A stretch of 63,881 nucleotides of DNA, filler included, from Octopus bimaculoides (lineage: Eukaryota): the NCBI RefSeq assembly GCF_001194135.2. It is 5 parts of 5 records of this genome, joined end to end, with 100 filler letters (N's around TTAATTAATTAA, not from the genome) between each part and the next. Parts side by side here need not be neighbours in the genome. Positions count along the whole stretch, not along the records: positions 31,927 to 47,534 come from NC_068989.1; positions 47,635 to 53,335 come from NC_068998.1; 3 more parts are not named here. One strand, written 5' to 3'. This document shows, in pieces, positions 37,331 through 50,721 of the stretch (position 1 is the first letter of the stretch; each line of letters starts with the position of its first letter). Both the position numbers and the translations under genes were made by a program. The notes beneath the pieces were generated by a model. It was not told the origin of the DNA. It searched no databases and saw only the letters and a list, made by a program, of their open reading frames with translations.

Positions 37331-38748
37331 TAGATTTTAATTATTTCTGTGGAAGGTTTAGGAATGTAACACCCCTGATAGTTAAGGGATTACTATATAG
37401 GCGCAGGTATGGCAGTGTTCTAAGAAACTTGTGTCCTAACAACATGATTCAGATTCAGTACTTTTTCTGTATAGATTTACTAAAACCATTAAATGGTTAA
37501 CTACTTTTTGAAGTCTGATGTTCATGCTGGTAATCACGGTCCAGGCCATATTATTATAAACAACACTAACACTTTGTAATTTAATAACTTTCAATGTGAT
37601 ACCTGTTAAACAGAAATTATTTTTATTTAATGAAAATTTAATAAAATTTAATCATAACTAAATGAAATTATGCTAAATACAACTAAACTGAAAACCTTTT
37701 CCCTGGCCACATCAGCAGTTCTGAAAAGTTGGGTGTGAATTTTACACGAGTAGAACAAATTTTAACCTGAAAAATCACCTGTGTAAATTACACACACAGG
37801 TGTGCAAGTTACATGGGTTTTTACAGTAATTGAATACTTTTAGTTGTGGAAATAAGAACGATACCTACAGGAGATAGTGAAAAAAAATATTGCAAGATCA
37901 GAAAATATCAATTTTACTTTTTTGGTGGATAATTAACATCATTATGGAAATAACCATGAGATTTAATTATGCAGGTAAAGGGTTAGGGTTAATCTTAGAT
38001 CTGTGGTTATTTTTTCCCCCAAAGTGCAATTTTTGATCTTGATGCTATTACTAAATGTAAGGTATTCACATGAAAAGACATTCATCTGTTTTTTTTCTCC
38101 TCCGGTGTATCACCCATAGCGACAAAACTATTCTCTGTTCTTTCATCATTGCTGAAATAAACTAAATCCTGTTACATAAACATCTGCGATGACATCAGAC
38201 CGATGTTTATTGTAGTTTTTACCACACGGCCATGCCATAGACAATCCTTTAACAAGTACATTAATTTATACTCATGATTATCTTTTTCCATTTCCAATAC
38301 ACCCATCAACTAATCAAACCAGCCAAGGCATAAGCGTTGTCCATTTGCCAAAAATAAAAAAAAACAAAGAACAAAACTCTTCTTACATGTTTGACCTGTT
38401 GGGTAACTTTATACGATTCTCCACTTGCTACTTTTAGAATTTCGTTTTGTCCCTTCATATCATTCTGTGTTTTCTTTGAGTTGGCTTTGTATTGATTTCA
38501 ACAATGAGATGCATTTCCTTATCCGTTTCTCGTATCCTGTTTTACCATATGTTTTAACCTGTTGTGTCTGGGGAGAGTCATTTTCTTTTTGTGCCTTATA
38601 ATTTAACACACTCACTGGTAAAATTTCCACTTATTTCTTATTATTTTCCTAAAATTTTTGTTGCGTCTTGCAACCTTTTCAATACACGAACTCACATGAA
38701 TCTTGCAAACTAAATCCAAAAACGAAACATATGTTTTAAGTTCTACAC

Positions 38749-39272
38749 CAGTGATTCTCAAACCATTTTTTTCCACCTATGGGCTCCTTTGGTTCCTATT
38801 TTACTTGGCCATTCGATGTTCTTAAAAATCGTATTTTTATAAAATATTGTTAGAAATTGTTTTTAAAAAAATTGTTTGTGTATTGTAGAAGTATAAATTA
38901 TTTATTGCAGATAAACTTTAACAGCAAAATCTTATATGAACCCCCCTCCAAGCAGGGCTGTGGTGTCAGAGCCATGGAGTCTCGGAGTCAGAAACAATTA
39001 AGGAGTAGCTGGAGTCGGAGTGGGTAAAACTATACCAACTCTGATTTCGATTTACAATATCTTTAATATAAACTGGTTATGACATATAGGCCTACTCGAA
39101 GTACAAGTGTATGCATATACTTCATGAGATACATAGACCACAATCTCTTAATTACATAAAGAGGAGTCGGAGTCAGAGCTGCCAATAGTAGAGGAGTCGG
39201 TGTCAAAGTTTTTTGTTTCGACTCCACAGCCCTGCTTCTAAGGGTCATATGGACCCTAGTAAACGACCACTG
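38749..39272. mobile_element. hAT (Charlie-like) MITE hosting a second MITE
   Basis: CAGTGATTCTCAAAC...GACCACTG ends; flanks ttctacac/agctacac (6/8 TSD). A related copy lies at 41479-41730. Confidence 0.7.
38953..39234. mobile_element. hAT-type MITE with GGAGTC subterminal repeats
   Basis: TIRs CAGGGCTGTGG / CCACAGCCCTG; flanks cctccaag/cttctaag (6/8 TSD). Confidence 0.82.
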
Positions 39273-39284
39273 AGCTACACTGTG

Positions 39285-39480
39285 AAAACACATGGCCTAG
39301 TGGTTAGGGTATTGCACCCACAATTCTAAGGTCATAGTTTTGATTCTTGGACTGGGCAGTGTGTTGTGTTCTTGATTTAAACACTTCATTTTACACTACT
39401 CCATTCCACTCAGATGTAAATGAGTTCCAGTAGTCACTGGAAAGTTAACCCTGTTATAGATTAACATCCCATCCAGGTGT
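39285..39480 (+). mobile_element. SINE-D copy, CpG-decayed
   Basis: catggcctagtggttaggg..gtgtgttgtgttcttga..ccactcagatgtaaatgag. Confidence 0.7.
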
Positions 39481-41149
39481 GGTGGTGTTTTAATCTCTGC
39501 CTCTTATACACCATGGAAACCAAAATAAGTTCTGGCCTTATTGGTCTTAGGGTTCATGACAGACCTCTAAGCTAAGCTAAGATCTACAGTCTTCTCCATG
39601 TCTTTGCCATTTTTACCATACGAGGACACATAGTTTCCACAAGCTGTTTCAGCAAGCTTGGAATTATGTAATAACTAGCTGACCATGTGCCACCAATAAT
39701 GACGGCAAATTGTAGTATTTTATATATAAATAAGGTACATAATAATCACACATTCAAACAGTTGAAACGCTGATTTTGTTTTTTCACCCCTTCCTTTCTC
39801 TCATTGCTATTGCTTTCTCTCACTCCCTCTCAGTCAGGGCTATTACTCTCACTACTTCTCCTTCACTGAATTACTATTTTCTCTCCTCCTCCTCCATGTC
39901 CAGCATGATTCTGGAAGAATATATAAAAACACTAAGCTCATTATTATACTAGATCATAATGTTCATAATTTGCAGATAGAATGTGCAAAAAGTCTTGGGT
40001 ATGCAACCTGTAAATAACCACATGAAGATATTACCAGCTGCCTTCATCAAGAGAAAATTGACAAAAGCCTCTACCATAGTTTTTATCTATGTCCATATTG
40101 GGCTGTCTTCATTTTCACCTCAGGTTCTCTTGGTCATTGACATTAGTGACTATCACCTATTTATTTATGTGGTAACTGACTCAGGTGACTTCTTAACATA
40201 TGTATTGACTAGTGAATGGAATGACTGGTTTTGATATTGTGATAATATGTGGGCGGTAACCAGCTTATGTAACTTGGCACCATATATGTTTGGTAACTGA
40301 CTTTAGGAATTGTGATGATTAATCTTTGTATTATTTCAATATCTTCAGAGGTGGAGTTGAATTTCTTTCTTCCTTTTTTTTTGTTTTGTCTTTATATATT
40401 TTATTCAAATACAAAGAAACGTGTTGGAGGGAAAGAAATGGTTGAGAAGTTCGTTCCACAAACTCTTGGTCCCAGGTTCAACAGGTGTGACATCCTGGAT
40501 AAATGTAGTTTTATATAGTCTTCAGCTAATTCAAACATTGTGTGGATGAATTGGGTGGAACGAAACTGTATAGAAGCCCATCGGGTGTATATATATATAT
40601 ATATATGAATATATATGAATAAAAATTAAAAAATATTAAAAAAGGGTTTTGTATGATCGTGTATAGAGGAATATATTATTTAAAAGAGTTCCAACTCTGT
40701 CTGTTTTTTATGTTTTATTTATATTCTTATAAAATTAATGTGGGATATAGAATATGGAATATATAATATATATAGTAAAATGAAATGAAGTATTGAATAT
40801 CTTATTGAATATATGAAATATTGAGTATTAAATATATATATATATTAAATTCAAATTACAATGAACATAAACAAACAAAGTTTGCTTTTAGAAGCGTTGA
40901 GATGTCTTAGAAAGTTAAAGTGATTTATCCTGCGTTTGAGAATATTATCTTCGAAACGCCTAGTCTAGAATAGAGGCAGCTGATGTAGAATTAATCCAAG
41001 TGGCTATTTGTTTTTCTATGTGTTCGTTCCGTTGTCTGTAGTTCATTTTTCTAACGTCCTATACCCAAATATGCATCTATATGCACATGTAGATGTAAGT
41101 ATGTACATATATGTGTGTATACATGCTTATATATCCGTTGTATTATATA

Positions 41150-41180
<31 letters not shown>

Positions 41181-41186
41181 GTATAT

Positions 41187-41458
41187 GAGCTGAGACCCCC
41201 TTCGGTTATGACTGACCATGGGATTGCACCTAGAAAGTTACCTTCCCAGGCACAAGTCAGGTCAAAGTTATTTATAGAAGACCAGCATTCACCCATGCAT
41301 ACCGGTCTCCCCTCTCTCACGCCACCAGTGTTGTCCAAGGGAAAGGCAAAGGGGCCGATACAGCTTGGCCTCAGTGACGTCGCAACTCATTTCTACAGCT
41401 GAGTGAACTGGAGTAACGTGAAATAAAGTGTCTTGCTCAAGAACACAACACGCAGACC
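41187..41458 (-). mobile_element. SINE-D-core element with a different 3' body
   Basis: Revcomp of gtgttcttgagcaagacactttatttcacgttactccagttcactcagctgtaga. Confidence 0.75.
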
Positions 41459-41478
41459 TATTGTAATATCAGTTAACC

Positions 41479-41730
41479 CACTGGTTCTCAACCAATTTTT
41501 TCCCGATGGACTTCTTTGATTCCCATTTTTTCCCACAGACCTACTTCCATAGCCATTCAATGTTTTAAAAAGTCCCATTATATTTTTACAATAAAATATT
41601 ATAAAGAATTGTTAAAAATATTTTGTGTATTTTAGAAGTATAGCCATTTTATTGCACATAAATTTCAGCAACAAAATCTTACATGGATCCTACCAAGGGT
41701 TCATGTGGGGCCCTGATTTGGAACTCAGTA
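41479..41730. mobile_element. Second copy of the Charlie-like hAT MITE
   Basis: cactggttctcaacc start; interior collinear with 38749-38950. Confidence 0.65.
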
Positions 41731-42776
41731 GCTAGCTTTAAATTTTGGGGGAAATACAGGTATTCATTCACAGGTGTGTGCGGGTGTTGCTTTTGAAGCT
41801 CTGACTAATGAAAGCAGACCCTGGCATTGTCTTGTTATTCCATATTGTTTTGGGATTGGACAGGCTGTGTGTGGGTGGGGGGAGATGAGTGGGGGGAGGA
41901 GGAGGAGGAGGAGTAGTAAGAGAGAAGAAAGTCTAAGTCATCATCTGTGTCTTTAATAATATTCCCCAGTCACTAAGTGGATAATATTTGGTCTTTGTGT
42001 GTGTGTGTGTGTGTGTTTGTGTGTGTTGTAGGGGTGATTAGCCTTTTCACCTGCATCCCCCCCTCCACTCCTACCTCCATACACTCAGTCCCTTAGTTTG
42101 GCTCCACATGTCTTCTACCTTGATTATCCCTACCCTCAACTCACTATCTTTCTTCACCTCCCCCCTTCCCCCCCCCGCTTCTATAATCTTATCTCTCTCT
42201 CTCTCTCTCTCTCTCTGTCACTCTCACTCTGCTGCCTGCTTTGTCTGTTTACCTGCCTGCCTCCTTCCCTCCCCCTCCCTCCCTCTCTCTCTCTTTCTCC
42301 AGCCTGCACTGGTTATCCATCCATTCAGTCACCACCAACAGCAGCAGCAGCCAGCAGAGAATCTGCTGGTGACTCACCTCTCCCAGCAGCCTGCACCCAG
42401 CACCAAACAACAACTTGTAGCTATCTTTGTTAGCCTGGAATAGCTGGATAGAAAGGAAACATGGTAAAGACAGAGAGAGAGAGAGAGAGAGAGGAACAGA
42501 GAAACAGTAAGAGCAAGAGAGAGGCGGAGGGGGTAAAGGTGCTGTTATAGTCTTCGGCCACTGCTTCTACTGGCGTGTCTTGGTTTATGCCTCTGTGTGT
42601 GTGTGACAGTGGTGATGATTGTTATTGTTAACAAGCCAACCCTAAATGAGGAGACCTTATTTAATTATGATCGAAGGTAACCCAACCATGACCTTCCCAT
42701 CATTTTACAGGCACTGGAGTATCTAGGACTGCATTAACTAATATATTCCCCCCCCCCTTTTTTTTTTTGCACTCTT

Positions 42777-43160
42777 TCATTTGTTTTAGTCATTCGACTG
42801 CGGCCATGCTGGAGCACCACCTTTAGTCGAACAAGTCGACCCCAGAACTTATTCTTTGTGCTTATTCCTAGTACTTATTCTATCGGTCTCTTTTTGCCGA
42901 ACTGCTAAGTTACAGGGACGTAAACACACCAGCATCGGTTGTCGAGCGATGGTGAGCAGGGAACAAAACACAGACACACAAACACACACATATGCATGTA
43001 CGTACGTATGACAGGCTTCTTTCAGTTTCCTTCTACCAAATCCACTTGCAAGGCTTTGGTTGGCCCGAGGCTATAGCAGAAGACACTTGCCCAAGGTGCC
43101 ACGCAGTGGGACTGAACCCGGAACCATATTGTTGGTAAGCAAGCTACTTACCACACAGCC
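42777..43160 (-). mobile_element. SINE-AB full copy
   Basis: Tail, microsatellite, body and head homology. Confidence 0.9.
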
Positions 43161-43786
43161 AATATATATATATATATATGTGTGTTTATTTTTTAAGATT
43201 CTAAGGTGCAAGTTGAAGGTGATTTGACTGCTATTTCTAGCTGCATGACAGACCATGTAAAAGCACCTCTTTGTTAATGGCTGTTGGCATTTGGTGGTGA
43301 TGGTGGTGGGAAGAAAATTTAAGGAAGTCAATAGCATTGTTGTTTAGCCCATAGTCAGCTCTGAGTGGATTGACTGACCTAGGTATGATCAAAACTATCT
43401 CATCCATGACCATCCAGTCTTATTTTCCCCCAACATGCAGTGGAAAGTGCCCTCTGCATAATAATATCAGCTGATGCCATTAAGCAGAGTCTGTGACAAT
43501 ATCCAGATTGTGTTAGGGTCTCACTAATTCTGATAACAATAACCATTTGATAACATTATCCCTGATTATATCACAGATAACGTTTGTAATTTTCTTTGAT
43601 TCTGTTGTTGCTGCTCCTTTTTTTCTTTTTAGTAGTGGGGGCCATGGTTGGTGTGTTTAAATTCAAATCAGTTCTCATCCTGCATATCTATGGTCAAAAG
43701 GTTTTTATCTCGGGATCATTGTGCCTTTGAAACCATATCTAGGGGTAAATTTTTCAATATGCCCCCCCCCTTTTTTTTGTAAGATG

Positions 43787-43939
43787 CAGACATGGCTGTG
43801 TGGTAAGTAGCTTGTTTACCAACCACATGGTTCTGGGTTCAGTCCCACTGCATGACACCTTGGGCAAGTGTCTTCTATTATAGCCTCAGGCCAACTAAAG
43901 CCTTGTGAGTGGATTTTGTAGACGGAAACAGAAAGAAGC

Positions 43940-43945
<6 letters not shown>
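43787..43945 (+). mobile_element. SINE-AB head/body, CpG-decayed
   Basis: Body homology followed by (TA)n(TG)n. Confidence 0.88.
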
Positions 43946-43994
<49 letters not shown>

Positions 43995-44794
43995 AAATTT
44001 GTATGTGTGTCTTTGTTTGTCCTCCCACCATCACTTGTTTCCAAAAGTGATTTATTTAAACCCCAAAGGATTCCTCTCAGCACATGGCTATGATGTTCCC
44101 CCACTACTTCTGCTCATGATCAGAGATGCACATATCGTCAGCCACCAAGGGACATGCTCAACTAGTTAAGGTCAAACAACTGACAAGTAAATCTGTGGTA
44201 TTCAGCAGAATATTTGCTGTAGACCATCTTTTATACCAAGACAAAACAATGTACATGATAACACTTATTATTATTATTATCATTATTATAATTATTATTA
44301 TTATTTATAATTGTGTTTGTTTTGATATGAAGGTTGAAAAAAAAATCAACCTTGTTTGTTAAAAGAAAAAGACTTTGGACCTTGTTTTGCACACCCTTCC
44401 AACCACCAAATTTCATTCCTGCACTTTTTAGACATGGCTGGTTTAAATATTAAAGGGGTTAACCAGGACATTTGTATCATAGAAGTATTTGCGGTCCCAG
44501 GCAGGTCAACATCAAAAGGGTTAAAATATAATTCAAACTGAGCGAGACATTTGCATTTTTGATTTTTCTAAGAAAGGAATATTAAGAAATACACGGAATC
44601 TCGTTCCCTCCTTGTTTTTGTAACCTAAAACTGAGAACTTGGCATCTTTTTGTAAAGAAATCTAGTTATTTATTTATTTTTCAAATTCATTTGTTTATTT
44701 AATTTGTTTTATTTCAAATGTCACCATCCAAAACCTCCAGATAAAGGAATCTGCTGATGCTAAAGCTTCAATAGCAGACAAGGGTACAGGGATG

Positions 44795-44826
<32 letters not shown>

Positions 44827-45449
44827 GGTGATGATGATGATGAGAAAGGGGGGGGGGTAGAGGTGGGTGTTTTTATATGTCAACTTTGCCTGTGGCTGCT
44901 GACCCGTGTGCACCTCATGTGACAAAGATATGTTTTATTAAGAGTTAAGAATTAGGAAAGAAAAAAAAAAAGAGAGGAAAAGCACAAACAAACAAACAAA
45001 CAAAACAAAACAAAACAAGGGAAGAAAAAAATGGAATAAAAAAAATAGTAAAAGCCAAGAAAAAAAAGGTAAAAAAAAAGACTAAGATTAAAGTGTAGAG
45101 AGGATTTTAGAGAATAAGAAATCTTTTGTNNNNNNNNNNNNNNNNNNNNNNNNNNNNNNNNNNNNNNNNNNNNNNNNNNNNNNNNNNNNNNNNNNNNNNN
45201 NNNNNNNNNNNNNNNNNNNNNNNNNNNNNNNNNNNNNNNNNNNNNNNNNNNNNNNNNNNNNNNNNNNNNNNNNNNNNNNNNNNNNNNTTTTTGTTTTGTT
45301 TATGTTTTTTCTTTTTTTTTTCCTTGCTTTTTGTGTTCTTTTAATGACAGAACACAATGGAAATTAGACACAAAAATAAATTAAAATTCTCTGCCACCAG
45401 ACCTATTTCTTTCTTTTTTTTCTTTCTCCCTCATGCCTTCTTATAACCC

Positions 45450-46140
45450 ATGTCTGTCTGTCTCTCTTTTTTTTCTCCTTGTTCTTTTTCTCTTAATAAT
45501 GTCTCTGTCCATCTCCCCACCCCCCATTCTGTCCCTCTCCCTCTCATCTGTCTATCTCTCCTGTTCTCTCTCCCTCCTCCCTCTCATATATGTGTCTGTT
45601 TATCTCTTTTTCCTTATTCTTTTCTCTTAATGTCTGTCTATCTCTCCTCTTCTCTCCCTCCTCCTCTCATATATGTCTGTCTATCTCTCCCATTCTCTCT
45701 CCTTCCTCCTCATGTGTCTGTCTATCTTTCCTATTCTCTCACCCCCTCTCATATATATCTGTCTATCTCCCATTCTGTCTCCCTCCTCCTCTCATATATA
45801 TCTGTCTATCTCTCCCATTCTCTCTCCCTCCTCCTCGTATGTGTCTGTCTATCTTTCCTATTCTCTCACTTCCCCTCTCATATATGTCTGTCTATCTTTC
45901 CTATTCTCTCACTCCCCCTCTCATATATGTGTCTGTCTATCTCTCTCTCTCCTTGTTCTTTTCTCCTATTAATGTATCTGTCTATCTCTTCTTTTCTCTC
46001 CCTCCCCCTCTCATATATATATCTGTCTATCTCTTCCTTCCTTTCTCCTTCCCCCTCTCATATATGCATCTGTCTGCCTCTCCCTTTCTCCTTGTTCTTT
46101 TCCCTTATCCCCAGTCTCTTTCTCTCTTACTCTATCTATC
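45450..46140. repeat. Pyrimidine-rich minisatellite, ~40-45-bp degenerate unit
   Basis: Recurrent tgtctgtctatctctccc.attctctc.ccctcctcctctcatata. Confidence 0.85.
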
Positions 46141-46274
46141 TCTAAAATCTTTCTTTACCTCACTTTTTGATGCTTCTCTCACCCTCTTCTTTTCTTTCAC
46201 TTCACACACAGCCCCTCCCTCTCTCTCCTTTTTCTTTCTTCTTTCTTATCCCCCCCCCCTTTTTTTCTTTCTTT

Positions 46275-47130
46275 TATTTCTTTTACTTGTTTCAGTCATT
46301 TGACTCTGGCCATGCTGGAACACCACCTTAAAGAATTTTTAGTCAAATGAATCAACCACAGTTCTTATTCTTTTAAAGTCTGGTACTTACTCTATCGGTC
46401 TCTTTTGCCAAACTGCTAAGTTACAGATACATACACACACCAACACCGACTGTCGAGTAGTGGTGGAGGACACACACACTTCTTTCGGTTTCCTTATTTC
46501 TTGATTGCCCACAAGGGGCTAAACATAGAGGGGACAAACAAAGACAGACAAATGGATTAAGTCGATTACATCAACTCCAGTGCGTAACTGGTACTTAATT
46601 TATCAACCCCGAAAGGATGAAAGGCAAAGTCGACCTCGGCGGAATTTGAACTCAGAACGTGGAGATAGACGAAATACCTCTANNNNNNNNNNACACCGAC
46701 TGTCGAGTAGTGGTGGAGGACACACACACTTCTTTCGGTTTCCTTATTTCTTGATTGCCCACAAGGGGCTAAACATAGAGGGGACAAACAAGGACAGACA
46801 AAGGGATTAAGTCAATTACATCGACACCAGTGTTTCACTGGTACTAAATTTATCAACCCTGAAAGGATAAAAGGCAAAGTCGACCTCGGCGGAATTTGAA
46901 CTCAGAACGTGATGGCAGATGAAATACCGCTAAGCATTTCGCCTGGCGTGCTAACATTTCTGCCAGCTCGTTGCCTTTCGGAAAGATAGATAGACACTTC
47001 TTTCAGTTTCCATCTACCAAATCCTGTCACAAGGCTTTGGTCGGCCCGAGGCTATAGTAGAAGACAATTGCCCACGGTACCGCACAGTGGGACTGAACCC
47101 GGAACCATGCGGTTTGGAAGGAAACGTCTT
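46275..47130 (-). mobile_element. SINE-AB copy with two variant-tail SINE-C copies inside its microsatellite region
   Basis: AB tail 46275-46465, SINE-C at 46485-46680 and 46735-46980, AB body ~46997-47130. A 10-N gap separates the two SINE-C units. Confidence 0.75.
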
Positions 47131-47449
47131 ATCACAGAGTCATCTCTACACCTATATTCTTAATACTTTTTCACTCAGTTTTCTTCTCTGTCATTCCATA
47201 CCTCTCATTCTTTCTCATTTTCATCTCTGCCTCTCTTTCTCTCTTACTCTATATTCCTCTATCTTTTTACTTCTCTTTCTCTCTTTCTCCATCTTCTCTT
47301 CACATTGTTTTCTTCCTCCCCCCCCATCATTCCTATCTTTCATTTCTTCATTTCCTTTTCTCTTTTCTCCTCCTCCTCCTCCTCTTATACTCACCCTCTT
47401 TCATTTTCTATTTCCCTACCCATTGTCTATCTACTCGTCCCCCCACACT

Positions 47450-47528
<79 letters not shown>

Positions 47529-47745
47529 TTCTCTNNNNNNNNNNNNNNNNNNNNNNNNNNNNNNNNNNNNNNNNNNNNTTAATTAATTAANNNNNNNNNN
47601 NNNNNNNNNNNNNNNNNNNNNNNNNNNNNNNNNNATATATATATACACGTGTGTGTGTGTGAGTGTACATATATATATATGTGTGTGTCTGTCTGTCTAT
47701 CTATCTATATATGCCATTTGTAACCTACATATTTATTCATCTACT

Positions 47746-47817
<72 letters not shown>

Positions 47818-47903
47818 CGCACACGTATTAATATATGTAGGTCTACTCGTACTTTTCCCCTTGTTATTCCAGGAAAAAACATTTATGTGCGCACGAGAAG
47901 GTA

Positions 47904-47934
<31 letters not shown>

Positions 47935-48096
47935 ATGTATGTATGTATGTATGTATGTGTGTGTGTACATCTATCTATCTATCTATATATATATATAATC
48001 GCAGATATAGACGTACATATGTATTTCGTACACATATACATATACACACATCCACGCGCGCGCACACATACATGCACACATATATGAAAGAGATAG

Positions 48097-48127
<31 letters not shown>

Positions 48128-48578
48128 GATACAGAGAGAGAGAGAGAAAGAGAGAGAGGGAGAGAATGACAGAAAGAAAGTGAGAGAGACACGCTGAAGA
48201 ATCAAACAGATTCTTTGAAAATTCCAAATCAATTTACGTTTCTAGAGAGTTTTTGTAAGACGTTTCTTCCGACTTAACCTTTTTTTTGTCTCCTCTGTTA
48301 AAACTGTACAAGCAAGGAATACAACAAACCCAACAAGAGCAAAAACAAAAAAAAACACCCCACTTTCCCTCACATCAAATGTATGTGTACACATACATAG
48401 ATACATACATACATATATCAATTTATATATATGTGTGTGAGTGTGTTTGCGTGTGTGTATATATATATATATATGCATGTGTGTGTATATATGAATGCAT
48501 ACGTATATAGATATATACATGTATATCAATAATTATGCATGTGTATGTGTGTATGCATGTATACGTATTTCTGTATGC

Positions 48579-48671
<93 letters not shown>

Positions 48672-48707
48672 NNNNNNNNNNNNNNNNNNNNNNNNNNNNN
48701 NNNNNNN

Positions 48708-48750
<43 letters not shown>

Positions 48751-49798
48751 TGAAATTGTGTATGTATGTAAGTATATATATATACATACATATATTGGTA
48801 TTTATATATATATGTATATATATATAAGTATATGTGTGTATATATATATGTATATATATATATATGTGTGTGTGTGTATATATATATGTTTGTATATATC
48901 TGTGTATATATATATATNNNNNNNNNNNNNNNNNNNNNNNNNNNNNNNNNNNNNNNNNNNNNNNNNNNNNNNNNNNNNNNNNNNNNNNNNNNNNNNNNNN
49001 NNNNNNNNNNNNNNNNNNNNNNNNNNNNNNNNNNNNNNNNNNNNNNNNNNNNNNNNNNNNNNNNNNNNNNNNNNNNNNNNNNNNNNNNNNNNNNNNNNNN
49101 NNNNNNNNNNNNNNNNNNNNNNNNNNNNNNNNNNNNNNNNNNNNNNNNNNNNNNNNNNNNNNNNNNNNNNNNNNNNNNNNNNNNNNNNNNNNNNNNNNNN
49201 NNNNNNNNNNNNNNNNNNNNNNNNNNNNNNNNNNNNNNNNNNNNNNNNNNNNNNNNNNNNNNNNNNNNNNNNNNNNNNNNNNNNNNNNNNNNNNNNNNNN
49301 NNNNNNNNNNNNNNNNNNNNNNNNNNNNNNNNNNNNNNNNNNNNNNNNNNNNNNNNNNNNNNNNNNNNNNNNNNNNNNNNNNNNNNNNNNNNNNNNNNNN
49401 NNNNNNNNNNNNNNNNNNNNNNNNNNNNNNNNNNNNNNNNNNNNNNNNNNNNNNNNNNNNNNNNNNNNNNNNNNNNNNNNNNNNNNNNNNNNNNNNNNNN
49501 NNNNNNNNNNNNNNNNNNNNNNNNNNNNNNNNNNNNNNNNNNNNNNNNNNNNNNNNNNNNNNNNNNNNNNNNNNNNNNNNNNNNNNNNNNNNNNNNNNNN
49601 NNNNNNNNNNNNNNNNNNNNNNNNNNNNNNNNNNNNNNNNNNNNNNNNNNNNNNNNNNNNNNNNNNNNNNNNNNNNNNNNNNNNNNNNNNNNNNNNNNNN
49701 NNNNNNNNNNNNNNNNNNNNNNNNNNNNNNNNNNNNNNNNNNNNNNNNNNNNNNNNNNNNNNNNNNNNNNNNNNNNNNNNNNNNNNNNNNNNNNNNNN

Positions 49799-49835
<37 letters not shown>

Positions 49836-49849
49836 TGTACTTCTGCTTG

Positions 49850-50460
49850 CTCTTTACGTTCTGAGTTCAAATCCCGCCGAGGTCAACTTTACCTTTCGGG
49901 GGTCGATAAATTAAGTACCAGTGAAACACTGGGATCGATGTAATCGACTAGTCCTGTCCCACAAAATTTCAGGCCTTGTGCCTATTGCAAAAAAGATTAT
50001 TATTATAGCAGGGAGCTGGCAGAATCGTTAGCACGACTGACAAAATGCTTTGCAGCATTTCGTCCGACTTTACTTTCTGAGTTCAAATTCCACCGAGGTT
50101 GATTTTGACTTTCATCCCTTCGAGGGTCGATGAAATAAGCACCAGTTACGCACTGGTGTCGATGTAATCGAGTAACCCCCTCCCCCAAAATGTTAGGCCT
50201 TGTGCCTATAATAGAAAGGACTATTATTATTATTATTATTATTGTTATGGCAGTGTTCTGGCGGAATCGTTAGCACACCTGGTAAAATGCTTAACGGCAT
50301 TTCGCCCGTCTTTACGTTCCGAGTTCAAATTCCACCGGGGTCGACCTTGCTCTTACTCCTTTCAGGGTGAATAAAATAACTACAACATGGACACTCGAGT
50401 CCAACTTATGTAATCAACTTATACACTCCTCCGAACTTGCTGGCCTTGTGCCAAAATTCT
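49850..50460 (+). mobile_element. Three tandem SINE-C copies separated by (ATT)n
   Basis: Cores at ~49860, ~50075 and ~50320, with tails ending AGAAAGGA/AAAAAGA followed by TTA repeats. Confidence 0.88.
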
Positions 50461-50508
50461 AAACCCGCTACTACCACTATTACTACTACTACCACTACTA
50501 CCACCACC

Positions 50509-50541
<33 letters not shown>

Positions 50542-50655
50542 GACCAACACTATAACCAACAATATGGAATAGGTTTTGAAGCGAGGAGATATAATAAATG
50601 ATAAGACATGATTTAGTGTTTCCTTATAAATCTCATCTGATGCTTATATTCTCCT

Positions 50656-50721
<66 letters not shown>

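Noticed and set aside
38073-38151. Minus-strand exon after a strong TTTATTTCAG acceptor
   Set aside because: Two frames hit stops before the candidate donor, the remaining frame is unconvincing, and the donor is weak.
40330-40520. Possible GIY-YIG remnant on the minus strand (NYIYPGCHTC*..QEFVERTSQP)
   Set aside because: Too short and degenerate, with no supporting downstream motifs.
44710-44830. Acidic (GAT)n coding exon
   Set aside because: There is an in-frame TAA just upstream in the Asp frame and no good splice signals; it is a simple trinucleotide repeat.
46443-46930. Tandem duplication of ~240 bp across a 10-N gap
   Set aside because: The near-identical ~95-bp restart immediately after a minimal gap suggests overlap or haplotype mis-joining. 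It cannot be validated without reads.
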